Origin: Eledone cirrhosa | Taxonomy: Eukaryota | NCBI GenBank assembly: GCA_964016885.1 | Contig: CAXHJY010000977.1 | Coordinates: forward strand, 1-53,401 | Direction: 5' to 3' | Length of the DNA stretch: 53,401 nt | In this document: positions 13,881 to 27,521 of the stretch, in pieces | Layout of the letters: each line of letters starts with the position of its first letter | Position numbering within the stretch: the stretch's first letter is position 1 | Notes under the pieces: model-generated | What the model was told of the DNA's origin: nothing | Seen by the model: the letters and a program-made list of their open reading frames with translations, nothing else | Databases searched by the model: none | Program-made: the position numbers and the translations under genes

Positions 13881-14108
13881 TGGGAGTTTGTGCAGTGGGG
13901 TGATAGTGGAGGGTGGTGCTGGGTGATAGCTCGAATGTTTTTTTCCAGTTCTTTTGCCAGATTAATTATGGCTAAAAAAGAGGAAGAAGTTTCCTGTTTA
14001 GAAGACTGTTGGTGACTGTGGTAGTGGTTATTTTTATGTAGGTTATGGTTTTTGTTTTTGCTTTTATTTTTAATTTTATTTTCATTTGTCCGACGGGTGC
14101 CCGGGAGA
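11092..14108 (-). mobile_element. CR1-group LINE: probable ORF1 C-terminus plus ORF2, truncated at both ends
   Basis: Open frame 14110-13868 (LPGTRRTNE...SSSFL...HCCH*) precedes ORF2; the 3' end is lost relative to the copy at 31041-33622. Confidence 0.9.
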
Positions 14109-14374
14109 TATATATATATATGTATATATATGTATGTATGTATATATATATATGTACATATATGTATATATATGTATATATATGTATATATATATATATG
14201 TATATATATATGTATATATATGTATATATATGTATATATATATATATGTATATATATATGTATATATTTGCTCTATGGTTCTTATATATTTGATATATAT
14301 TTTCCTTATCGAGCCCTCTTTGGATTATAGTCTTCAATTTTATTATTATTACTATATATATATGTATATATGTA

Positions 14375-14425
<51 letters not shown>

Positions 14426-14432
14426 GTATATA

Positions 14433-14479
<47 letters not shown>

Positions 14480-14486
14480 GTATATA

Positions 14487-14541
<55 letters not shown>

Positions 14542-14676
14542 GTATATATATATATGTATATATATATGTATATATATATATGTATGTATATATATGTATA
14601 TATATATATGTATGTATATATGTATATATATATGTGTATATATATATGTGTATATATATATGTGTATATATATATG

Positions 14677-14723
<47 letters not shown>

Positions 14724-14867
14724 GTATATATGTATATGTATATATATATGTGTAATATGTATGTATGTATGTATATATATGTATATATATGTATATATAT
14801 ATGTATATATATATGTATATATATATATATGTATATATATATGTATATATGTATATATATATGTATA
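14109..14867. repeat. (TA)n/(TATG) microsatellite with an 85-bp unique island at 14268-14352
   Basis: Direct reading. Confidence 0.95.
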
Positions 14868-15534
14868 TAGAGAAAATTGAGGTTGGTAATGGCACATGGA
14901 ATATATAAGAGACAGAATACTTTTTTGTGAAAAAACATAATTTTATAAGGTAAGGAAATAATAAAGGATATATGTACCATAGTATCAGATCCACCTAAAC
15001 GGGAGCAAAGACTAAAGGAACTAAAAGACACCCTTATCTTAAGAGCCTTTCCACTTGAAATAATCAACAATGGAATAGACAGGGCAAAACACCTAAATCC
15101 CCATCAACTTAACAATCCAAAACAGAAAACCACACTCAACACCCTGCCATATGTATCCACTTTCAACCCCAGAAATACCGAAATGTTTGATCACCTACAC
15201 AAAAACCTCCCCATCCTACTTAAAGATGTAAAAATGAAGTCTATTCTTGAAACACACAAGATCCTTAAAAGTAAAAGACAACCCAAATCACTTAAACGCA
15301 TTCTCACTGGACCAAATATACCCAAACCAATCCTCAACCCTACAGTTACCAAATGTGGTAGAACAAACTGTGGAACGTGCCTCTACCTCACTGAAGGACA
15401 AACATTTACATTCAAAGATGGCCAAACATTTACAGTAAAAAACAATTTCACCTGCAACTCGGAGAACTTGATTTACGCAATAACTTGCGGTGGGTGCAAA
15501 CACAACTACATAGGACAGACGGGCACCTCATTAC

Positions 15535-15623
15535 TGTTTCTACTTTTGGCACAAGGCCAGCAATTCACCAGTGTATTACTGGTACTTTATTTTATCGACC
15601 CCATAAGGATGAAAGGCAAAGTT
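15535..15623 (-). mobile_element. 5'-truncated SINE inserted in the GIY-YIG domain
   Basis: Matches 53135-53223; flanked by 11-bp TSD cacctcattac/cacttcattac; removing it restores YIGQTGTSLRKRMTIH. Confidence 0.88.
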
Positions 15624-16528
15624 CACTTCATTACGCAAAAGAATGACCATCCACCGCCAACAAATCCGGGACGCTAACACAAGAAAAATCCCCTTGAGCA
15701 GCCATATTGCGAACTGCGCAGGAATGACACTACCCAACTTTAAAATCTTCCCCTTCTACAAGTGCTCAGATTCGTTCACACAGCAACAAAGAATAAACAA
15801 AGAAAATCTATTCCTTAACAAATTTAAACCAAAACTAAACGGGTTATCACCCCAATAGAATTGTCATAATATATAAACACACATACGCACGGAATCACTA
15901 CTATTAAAGACCAGAGACCAATTCTGTAGAATCAGGTTTATTCATTGACAGACCATGCCTTTGTGTGACCAACACATACATGTTAAACCCTGCACGTGCA
16001 CACACATATATCTATATATATATATGCACACAGAATTCACCACTGTCGGTTGCGGGGCCCAATCTACATGAAGAACTCAATGTGATCAGAATGACTTGTA
16101 TTTTAATTTCACTGTCCCAACTTCTTATATTATGGAAAAAATATATGTGTCTGTATGTATATATATATATATATATATATTTGGAGGCCATTTCTCTCTG
16201 TGTGTGGGTGTATGTATGTGTATATGTGTGTGTGTGTGTATGTGTTTGGCATGTGGATGTATGTATTGCGTGTGCGTGTGTGTGTGTGTGTATGTATGTG
16301 TGTATCTGGATGTATGCGTATGTGTATATATATATATATATGCGTGTGTGTGTGTGTGTATATATATGTGTGTGTATGTGTGTATATATATGTGTGTGTG
16401 TGTGTATGTATGTGTGTGGGGGGGGGTGTGCGTGTGTGTGTATATATATATATATATGTGTATATATATATATATATGTGTGTGTGTGTATGTATGTGTG
16501 TATCTGGATGTATGTGTATGTATATATA

Positions 16529-16577
<49 letters not shown>

Positions 16578-16644
16578 ATGTGGATATATGTGTGTGTGTG
16601 TGTATGTGTGTATGTATATGTATGTGTGTGTGTATGTATGTGTG

Positions 16645-16681
<37 letters not shown>

Positions 16682-17032
16682 GTATGTATGTGTGGATGAA
16701 GGTATGTGTGTGTATATATAGGTGTAAGTGCACTAAATCCCTTTCTATCATGCTCCACTTTCCTACCCACCACAGGAAGATATGTGTATGTATATTGCTT
16801 CCACCCCTCACTGACCAGCAGCTGGCCAGTTGGTGATTGCTAAATCTGACCTTTATAAAATAACCCACACCACAAATAACTTCTCATTCACTACCAGAAA
16901 GGGACACAGCAGTCAACCTGTTGTTGCTACCTAGATGAAAACTGCTATGAAATCCCACAATGAACCTTATACTTGAATTTTCAAATCTCAAATTTTAACT
17001 CTTCGTATTATTAATTTTTCTTAATATTAATC

Positions 17033-17080
17033 AAAATTTGAAAAGATGGCTTATGCAGACCCATCGAAACCGGTCATTTT
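17033..17080 (+). ncRNA. Minimal type I hammerhead ribozyme (U3-A8 variant)
   Basis: AAAAT-TTGAAAA-GATGG..CCATC-GAAA-C CG GTC/ATTTT; palindromic ACCGGT stem III. Confidence 0.75.
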
Positions 17081-17220
17081 TATACCCTTTATTATTTCCT
17101 TACCTTATAAAATTATGTTTTTTTCACAAAAAAGTATTCTGTCTCTTATATATTCCATGTGCCATTACCAACCTCAATTTTCTCTATAACCTTCGTTTTG
17201 TGTAGAAAATTACACTTTTC

Positions 17221-19319
<2,099 letters not shown>

Positions 19320-19360
19320 TATGAAATATAAGAATCAAAGAACTGTTCAAAACATTATTG

Positions 19361-19407
19361 TGCTTACAGCTGTTTCCTCCAAACCGAGGTTTGGATTCTT
19401 CGGAGCA
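19361..19407 (-). ncRNA. Minimal type I hammerhead ribozyme (U4C variant)
   Basis: Mirror of 23343-23389. Confidence 0.75.
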
Positions 19408-20850
19408 ATTTATTAATGCATGGACAGTTATATGACCTCCTTTTCAGCCGAGAGACATACCAACACATATTCAAACATTGATACATATTCAAACATTGTG
19501 GGTCAACATTCATTACAAAATTTAGAGTGGCAGTACACACTTCGAGATTACATTTATATTAATAGGTACAATCAAAAATCAAAGATATAGGTTAAAGTAC
19601 AACATGAAGATAAGTGGTTATATAGTGCAAATGTTATATGTGTGGCACGCATGTGCGTCTTGTTTATATAGTGTGGCAGAGAGATATGTGTGGTAGAGGC
19701 ACTTAGGTAGGTAAATAAGAGTGTTAGGTTGGTAGATCTGGTGGCAAAGTCTTTATATGATTGATGTAGTCTGTGTGTGGAGAAATATTATAAGTATTAA
19801 AGATAGTGCAAGCATTAAAAGTGTTATAAGTATTGGAGATGCACAACGCAGGGATGTCAAGTAATTCATGTACTTCGGCATTTTCATGGTCAAGGGAGTG
19901 TATATTTCGATTATATGCCTTTCACATAATCCACGACAATCCAGTTAGAGATCGTAGTCTGGTGTTCTTTAGTTCGATACAGGAGGTTGTTACGTTTCGA
20001 GAGACGCCATTGAATACCGGAAGTGTGTGTGTGGCTAAGGGGAGTTAATGCATGCGGGGAGGTAACTCTGGGGTTTCTATATCTAGCCATTAAAATGTGT
20101 CCCAATATGGACCCTAAATTCTATGGTGAGGTGCACCTTCCAAGAGAGACTTTTAAAGCATAAAGTGCACTAACTATAGAGTAGTTTAACTAAATTATGC
20201 TGAAGGTGATCATATTATTATTAAGGTGGATTAACCCATCTTAAGGTGCTACAAATGGAAATTATAGATGATGAGCGAGGATTCTAAATTAATGATCTCT
20301 GTGGTTGTAGTCTGCTCATATGACCAGGCGCGGTGATTGCAGGATTGCTTCAGGACCCAATGATCTCTGGTAAGATCTGGGTCATCGCTTGCTACATTGG
20401 ATGTCGAAAGATAATCATCCCCAGGCAGGCCAAAGGTCAATCCGCAGTCCTCGCGACCCCTCTCTGACCGTCAGATCATCCATATACGTACAACCCGCAC
20501 GGCAGTTGCATTGCATTCACTCACTGCGCTCAGCAGCCCGGTCCTACTGGTCAACAGCGCTACTCGATTAAATCATTTTACATCTGTCTAAGGAAGGTGT
20601 TTCCTCTGCCCAACACCATCCAACCGATCAATTCATGCTCAAATTACCCTTAGAGCGGTGTAGTGCCGTCCAGGTGGGTGGATGTTGTCACACCTGCCGT
20701 AGAGGTATAAATGGGTATTTTCCCTGCGAAGGGTTCCAGAGGGATGTCGTTGTTTGTGTTATAATGGATCAGCTAGTGTTGGGTATGTAGTATAGGGTGT
20801 GTCTCTGGTGTTTGATGCTAGATGTGGTGTTAGGTTCCAGTCCGACATTG

Positions 20851-21654
20851 CTATATATAGGGCTTAAAGTTTTGGAAGGAATGTCTGAGGCGGTGTTGGC
20901 AAGTTGCAAACACCTCAGATTTTTTGTTAAGTAGGTTACGGTTGGAGAAGATAATATTGTGTGTCTCTAGTATACAGAGGTTACAGAATTTATTAGGTGG
21001 TTTGTACGAGGTCGCGCTGCCTATCACTTCCCATTTGAGTGTGTATGGTTTATTTTTAGATTTTAGATAGTGTATGTAGCTAGAAAGTGAGGTGGAGTTG
21101 GCTAGGCTGTGCTTTTTGAACGAGTGGATGTGCGAGTTATATCTAATTTTGAAGCAGTTAGAAGTGGAGCCTACATAGGTTTCTGAAGAGTTATTAGTCG
21201 TGACTGTGCATGAGTATATGACATCCTTGGTTAGGCATTTTTTATCTAAGGGGCAGGTTCTATTAGCTCTACAGTTACAATTATTCTGTGCGTTAGTCCG
21301 CTGGTTATAATGCAATGCGGAAGTCTGTGTGGTGGATATAGGATTTTGGGTGTTCAGGTTGACAACCCTGGTGTTATTACTTATACTAGTGTTATTTCTA
21401 TTGTTACTGCCGTTGCTATTGTTGCTTGCTACAGTGGTATTTAGAGGGTTTGCATCCCGTTGTGATTTTGTTTGTTGGAAGTAAGAACTAATTTTACTAT
21501 TATTGCTGCTAGCTATGTGGTATGCTAAGTTAGGCGTCGTAGAGTATGAGATTTTAATGGTGTTTTTGTTTAAGAGGTTGTGGTACTTGTGTCCTAGAGG
21601 GAAGTTTTTATCTAGTAGTGAGAAGAAAGCCCTAGGTATGTTGGTGGAGACATT
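20851..21654 (-). pseudogene. PLE linker plus GIY-YIG endonuclease, 5'-truncated
   Basis: [82 protein letters not shown]. Confidence 0.92.
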
Positions 21655-23342
21655 TAGCTACATACACTAGCTACATACACTATCTAAAATCTAAAAATAA
21701 ACCATACACACTCAAATGGGAAGTGATAGGCAGCGCGACCTCGTACAAACCACCTAATAAATTCTGTAACCTCTGTATACTAGAGACACACAATATTATC
21801 TTCTCCAACCGTAACCTACTTAACAAAAAATCTGAGGTGTTTGCAACTTGCCAACACCGCCTCAGACATTCCTTCCAAAACTTTAAGCCCTATATATAGC
21901 AATGTCGGACTGGAACCTAACACCACATCTAGCATCAAACACCAGAGACACACCCTATACTACATACCCAACACTAGCTGATCCATTATAACACAAACAA
22001 CGACATCCCTCTGGAACCCTTCGCAGGGAAAATACCCATTTATACCTCTACGGCAGGTGTAACAACATCCACCCACCTGGACGGCACTACACCGCTCTAA
22101 GGGTAATTTGAGCATGAATTGATCGGTTGGATGGTGTTGGGCAGAGGAAACACCTTCCTTAGACAGATGTAAAATGATTTAATCGAGTAGCGCTGTTGAC
22201 CAGTAGGACCGGGCTGCTGAGCGCAGTGAGTGAATGCAATGCAACTGCCGTGCGGGTTGTACGTATATGGATGATCTGACGGTCAGAGAGGGGTCGCGAG
22301 GACTGCGGATTGACCTTTGGCCTGCCTGGGGATGATTATCTTTCGACATCCAATGTAGCAAGCGATGACCCAGATCTTACCAGAGATCATTGGGTCCTGA
22401 AGCAATCCTGCAATCACCGCGCCTGGTCATATGAGCAGACTACAACCACAGAGATCATTAATTTAGAATCCTCGCTCATCATCTATAATTTCCATTTGTA
22501 GCACCTTAAGATGGGTTAATCCACCTTAATAATAATATGATCACCTTCAGCATAATTTAGTTAAACTACTCTATAGTTAGTGCACTTTATGCTTTAAAAG
22601 TCTCTCTTGGAAGGTGCACCTCACCATAGAATTTAGGGTCCATATTGGGACACATTTTAATGGCTAGATATAGAAACCCCAGAGTTACCTCCCCGCATGC
22701 ATTAACTCCCCTTAGCCACACACACACTTCCGGTATTCAATGGCGTCTCTCGAAACGTAACAACCTCCTGTATCGAACTAAAGAACACCAGACTACGATC
22801 TCTAACTGGATTGTCGTGGATTATGTGAAAGGCATATAATCGAAATATACACTCCCTTGACCATGAAAATGCCGAAGTACATGAATTACTTGACATCCCT
22901 GCGTTGTGCATCTCCAATACTTATAACACTTTTAATGCTTGCACTATCTTTAATACTTATAATATTTCTCCACACACAGACTACATCAATCATATAAAGA
23001 CTTTGCCACCAGATCTACCAACCTAACACTCTTATTTACCTACCTAAGTGCCTCTACCACACATATCTCTCTGCCACACTATATAAACAAGACGCACATG
23101 CGTGCCACACATATAACATTTGCACTATATAACCACTTATCTTCATGTTGTACTTTAACCTATATCTTTGATTTTTGATTGTACCTATTAATATAAATGT
23201 AATCTCGAAGTGTGTACTGCCACTCTAAATTTTGTAATGAATGTTGACCCACAATGTTTGAATATGTATCAATGTTTGAATATGTGTTGGTATGTCTCTC
23301 GGCTGAAAAGGAGGTCATATAACTGTCCATGCATTAATAAAT

Positions 23343-23389
23343 TGCTCCGAAGAATCCAAACCTCGGTTTGGAGGAAACAGCTGTAAGCA
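23343..23389 (+). ncRNA. Minimal type I hammerhead ribozyme (U4C variant)
   Basis: TGCT-CCGAAGA-a TCCAAAC ctcg GTTTGGA g-GAAA-C AGCT GTA/AGCA; palindromic ACAGCTGT. Confidence 0.75.
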
Positions 23390-23599
23390 CAATAATGTTT
23401 TGAACAGTTCTTTGATTCTTATATTTCATATAACTGCTCTGTAAATCATCTGATGTTTTTACATTGAGCTACTTAACTTACTGGTAATAAGGTAGTAATA
23501 CATTACTGCCTACCACTATTTAGGGTGTGTGTAAAATACTTACAACTGCTTAAGGTTTTGTGTTTACATAACCATAAATAGTATAACTAATACTATATG

Positions 23600-23636
<37 letters not shown>

Positions 23637-23655
23637 GTATATATATATATGTATC

Positions 23656-23677
<22 letters not shown>

Positions 23678-23709
<32 letters not shown>

Positions 23710-23784
23710 TATACATATATATACATATACATATATATATATACATATATATACATATATATACATATACATATATATATCTAC

Positions 23785-23833
<49 letters not shown>

Positions 23834-23934
23834 CATATATATACATATATATATATATACATATATACATATATATATATACATATATATACATATATAT
23901 ATATACATATATACATATATACATATATACATAT

Positions 23935-23965
<31 letters not shown>

Positions 23966-24000
23966 TAAACAAATAACGAAACGACATTAAATTTCGCTTC
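23678..24000 (-). repeat. Inverted duplicate of 18695-19017 (34 unique bp plus about 290 bp microsatellite)
   Basis: Identical translated patterns in ORFs 18708..18914+ and 23781..23987-; shared gaagcgaaatttaatgtcgtttcgttatttgttt. Confidence 0.9.
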
Positions 24001-26349
24001 CAACAGAGACAAAACCACCAAGAAGCTCCGGGACGCTATCCAACCTTAACTTCTACAAGGCTAACTGGAAAAAGATTAAGAGTGAAATCCGGAAGCAAAC
24101 ATGGAGTGAAAACATCGCCACACAAAACACTAACACACAATTTCAACAGTTCATGACAGCGATACACACCATATGCAAAAAGTGTGTCCCGGAGAAAGAG
24201 GCAAACAGACACAAAAATCTTATTCCCAGAGATAGGAAAATCCTTATGAGACGTAGAACTAAACTCTCAAACCAGTTGAATAGTCAACAAAACCAAAACA
24301 AGAAGGAATCCTATTTGAAACGTGCACTACTTGACACCGAGATTGCACTCAAACTTTCACATGAGAATGAGAGGGCAAAGAAAGAGAACAGGGCCATAGA
24401 AAACATTAAAACAAACCCTAAGGCCTTCTTTAAATTTGCAAAAGAAACTGCCTCAGTACACTGCAAGATTGGACCACTCTTCCACACGGACGGTTCATTA
24501 ACCGAAAACCCCCAAGAGATATGTGAAATACTGAACGAACAGTACAAAAGTGTCTTCACATGTCCACTGAGGCACATGCAAATAACGAAGCCAGAGGAGT
24601 TCTTTGATGCCACAACACTACATCAAGAAATGGCAACCATCAACCACATAGACATAATGGAAGAGGATGTAGTGTACGCCATTGATGAAATTAGAACAGA
24701 CTCGGCTGCTGGACCTGATGGATTCCCAGCAGTTCTCCTAAAAATATGTAAGCGGGCCTTAGCAACTCCACTGAAGATGCTCTTCAGAAGCTCCTTGGCT
24801 AGCGGTGTACTACCCAGGGAGCTGAAAGAAGGCACAATATGCCCTATCCATAAAGGAGGTAGTAGAGCGGAGGCCAAGAACTATAGGCCAGTCTCCCTGA
24901 CGTCGCATATCAGTAAGGTCATGGAGCGAGTCGTCAGAAAGAAACTAATCGCTTTCCTAGAAGAAAATGACCGCCTGACTAGCACGCAACATGGCTTCCG
25001 CCCAGGAAGAAGCTGCCTTAAACAGCTGCTACATCACTACGACTGGGTACTGAGACAGCTACTAGACAGCTCACATGTAGACGTGATATATCTTGACTTT
25101 GCGAAGGCCTTTGACAAGATCGACCACGGAATGATATGTCACAAACTACACGGACTCGGCATAACTGGAAAAGTAGGTGAGTGGCTGCATGGCTTCCTAA
25201 GGGACAGAAGCCAGGCAGTCGCAGCAAATGGGGCCCTCTCGAGGGAAACACCGATAACAAGTGGGGTGCCTCAGGGGACAGTCCTGGGACCACTACTGTT
25301 TTTGGTGGCTCTCTCGGACATGCCCTCTGTGGTGCATGCAACAACATCCCTCACTATCTATGCTGATGACACTAAGGTAGCACAGGCAATCAAAAACCCG
25401 GCTGACGCTGCCCTCTTACAGCAGGATCTGGATGCCATATACAGATGGGCGGAAGAAAACAACATGCAGTTTAATGCTGGCAAATTCCAAGCCCTACAAT
25501 ACAAACCTGCAAACACAAACACAAATATAGCGGAACACAGCTACACAGGACCAGGAGGGACCGATATCCCCGTGTCAAAATCGATACGAGACCTGGGCAT
25601 AGACATGAGCGATGATGCATCTTTTTCTTCACACATCATGAAGGTGGCGACAGCATGTAGACGATTCGCTGGCTGGATCTTGAGGACTTTCCTTACAAGA
25701 GATCGAGACACCATGTTGACACTGTGGAGGACTTTTGTCCTAAGCCGCCTGGACTACTGCTCCCAGCTGTGGTCACCCCATAGTGTCAAACTAACCACAG
25801 AGCTTGAGGCAATCCAGCGAAGCTACACCAAGAGGATTGCCAAGATGAGGGAGACAAGCTACTGGGAGAGGCTGAAGGAACTGAACCTCTACTCCTTGGA
25901 GCGAAGACGGGAGAGATACGCAGTGATCTACATGTGGAAAATCCTGGAGGGACTAGCACCAAACTTTGGCATTGGGAGCTGGACCAACCGTCGAACAGGA
26001 CGTCACTGTGTGGTGCCAAAGGTCCCGTCTTCCACATCTAGAATAAGGAGCAGGTATTGCAATAGCCTGGGATTCAAGGGCCCTCAACTCTTCAACAGGC
26101 TGCCGAGGCATCTGCGAGACTTGCATGCCGTGGAGGTGGATGTCTTTAAGAAACATCTCGACACCTTGTTATCCAAGATCCCGGATGAGCCCACAGCAAG
26201 ACACGAGGGAAACCTAAGGGCAGCAGCAACAAACTCCCTCCTACACCAGTGGCCAACCTATACAGGCTGGAGATAAAATGTGTAGCAACAAGGGCGGTGC
26301 CCCAGCATGGCCTCAGCCGGATGGCTGAAACAGATAAGAGTAAAAGAGA
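24001..26349 (+). mobile_element. CR1-group LINE (second family), 5'-truncated, intact 3' end
   Basis: Frame open from 24003 (..[12 protein letters not shown]..) to 26276; short 3' UTR with hairpin TCAGCC ggat GGCTGA, then TA tract. Confidence 0.93.
24153..26276 (+). CDS. LINE reverse transcriptase (ORF2 lacking APE domain)
   Basis: [79 protein letters not shown]. Confidence 0.93.
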   Translation: MTAIHTICKKCVPEKEANRHKNLIPRDRKILMRRRTKLSNQLNSQQNQNKKESYLKRALLDTEIALKLSHENERAKKENRAIENIKTNPKAFFKFAKETASVHCKIGPLFHTDGSLTENPQEICEILNEQYKSVFTCPLRHMQITKPEEFFDATTLHQEMATINHIDIMEEDVVYAIDEIRTDSAAGPDGFPAVLLKICKRALATPLKMLFRSSLASGVLPRELKEGTICPIHKGGSRAEAKNYRPVSLTSHISKVMERVVRKKLIAFLEENDRLTSTQHGFRPGRSCLKQLLHHYDWVLRQLLDSSHVDVIYLDFAKAFDKIDHGMICHKLHGLGITGKVGEWLHGFLRDRSQAVAANGALSRETPITSGVPQGTVLGPLLFLVALSDMPSVVHATTSLTIYADDTKVAQAIKNPADAALLQQDLDAIYRWAEENNMQFNAGKFQALQYKPANTNTNIAEHSYTGPGGTDIPVSKSIRDLGIDMSDDASFSSHIMKVATACRRFAGWILRTFLTRDRDTMLTLWRTFVLSRLDYCSQLWSPHSVKLTTELEAIQRSYTKRIAKMRETSYWERLKELNLYSLERRRERYAVIYMWKILEGLAPNFGIGSWTNRRTGRHCVVPKVPSSTSRIRSRYCNSLGFKGPQLFNRLPRHLRDLHAVEVDVFKKHLDTLLSKIPDEPTARHEGNLRAAATNSLLHQWPTYTGWR

Positions 26350-26370
26350 ATATATATATATATACATATA

Positions 26371-26571
26371 ACCCCTTAGCCTTTGTCAAGGCAGAATATA
26401 TATATATATATATACATATAGATATATATATATATATATATACATATGACCCCTTAGCCTTTGTCAAGGCAGAATTCTAGGAGAAGGAAAACTCTGATAT
26501 AACACCTGCATATACATATATATACATATATATACATATATATATACATATATATATATACATATATACAC

Positions 26572-26602
<31 letters not shown>

Positions 26603-26761
26603 CATATATATACATATATATATATACATATATATACATATATACATATATATATATACATATATATACATATATACATATATACATATATACACATATA
26701 TATATATATACATATATATATATACATATATATATATACATATATATATATATACATATAC

Positions 26762-26848
<87 letters not shown>

Positions 26849-26909
26849 CCCCTTAGCCTTTGTCAAGGCAGAATTCTAGGAGAAGGAAAACTCTGATATA
26901 ACACCTGCA
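26371..26909 (+). repeat. Three reiterated copies of one element end separated by TA tracts
   Basis: accccttagcctttgtcaaggcagaat at 26371 (27 bp), 26449 (62 bp) and 26848 (62 bp, continuing into unique sequence). Confidence 0.9.
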
Positions 26910-27032
26910 ACCCTGATGGTATCCAATGATGTTGACTTGTTCTTCTTTTTGGTAAATATCATCTTGGTTAAGAGAGTGGGACTGGCTTTGTGCAGTGCCT
27001 TTGCTCATTATAAAAGCTTCACGGCACAGGCA

Positions 27033-27464
27033 TATTCAGTTGTGGTTTTAAGTTTTAAAATTTTTACCGGTTGCGCATTTCTAAATGCTTTTCAAAAATA
27101 ATTTTGAGATAGAGTGTCCGTGCTGTTTGCTCTGATCTGATTAGTTTTGGGAATTCTACCTGTTTTTATGTTAAAAAAGTGGCTCCAATTTGCAAAAATT
27201 CTTGTGGTCAAAACAATTTTGATTGGTCGGTAGAGGTCATGTGAATGTAAGAAATTGATTTTGCGCCAAGACTCTTTTTATGTTAAAAAAGTGGCTCCAG
27301 CAAAAATTCTTGTGGTCAAAACAATTTTGATTGGTCGGTAGAGGTCATGTGAATAAAAAATTGGTTTTGCGCCAAGATTGATATATATCTTAATAGCCAT
27401 TTGACAGACATCGCTGCTAACCATTATCACAACATCGAACGCCTTACTACTACTACTACTACTA

Positions 27465-27521
<57 letters not shown>

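Larger units (their letters stand above)
14868..17220 (+). mobile_element. 5'-truncated PLE (Neptune/Naiad-type endonuclease) with inverted 3'-tail copy at its 5' junction
   Basis: Coding about 14973-15858: KSKRQPKSL, KCGRTNCGTC, FTCNSENLIYAITCGGC..YIGQT|LRKRMTIH...KENLFLNKFKPKLN; 14868-14972 is the reverse complement of about 17083-17188. Confidence 0.9.
19320..23595. mobile_element. PLE inverted insertion: two 1764-bp arms (19320-21083 and 21667-23430), 3' ends outward
   Basis: Mirror ORFs in the track sum to 42750; one mismatch noticed; 13-bp tandem duplication at 21655-21680; right arm extends to about 23595. Confidence 0.95.

Noticed and set aside
14268-14352. Possible minus-strand hammerhead (TTGAAGA...GAAA..ATC)
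   Set aside because: Stems I-III do not pair convincingly; at most a decayed relic.
22360-22405. SECIS-like ATGA hairpin, given that some Naiad PLEs encode selenoproteins
   Set aside because: Spacing and apical AAR do not fit, and no in-frame TGA at Cys positions was seen in the PLE ORFs.
19833-22917. Duplicated 60-71 aa ORFs in the palindrome arms
   Set aside because: Mostly non-ATG starts in UTR sequence, duplicated by the inversion.
26371-26909. Direct repeats with spacers resembling a CRISPR array
   Set aside because: Spacers are microsatellite of unequal length, there are no cas genes and the context is eukaryotic.
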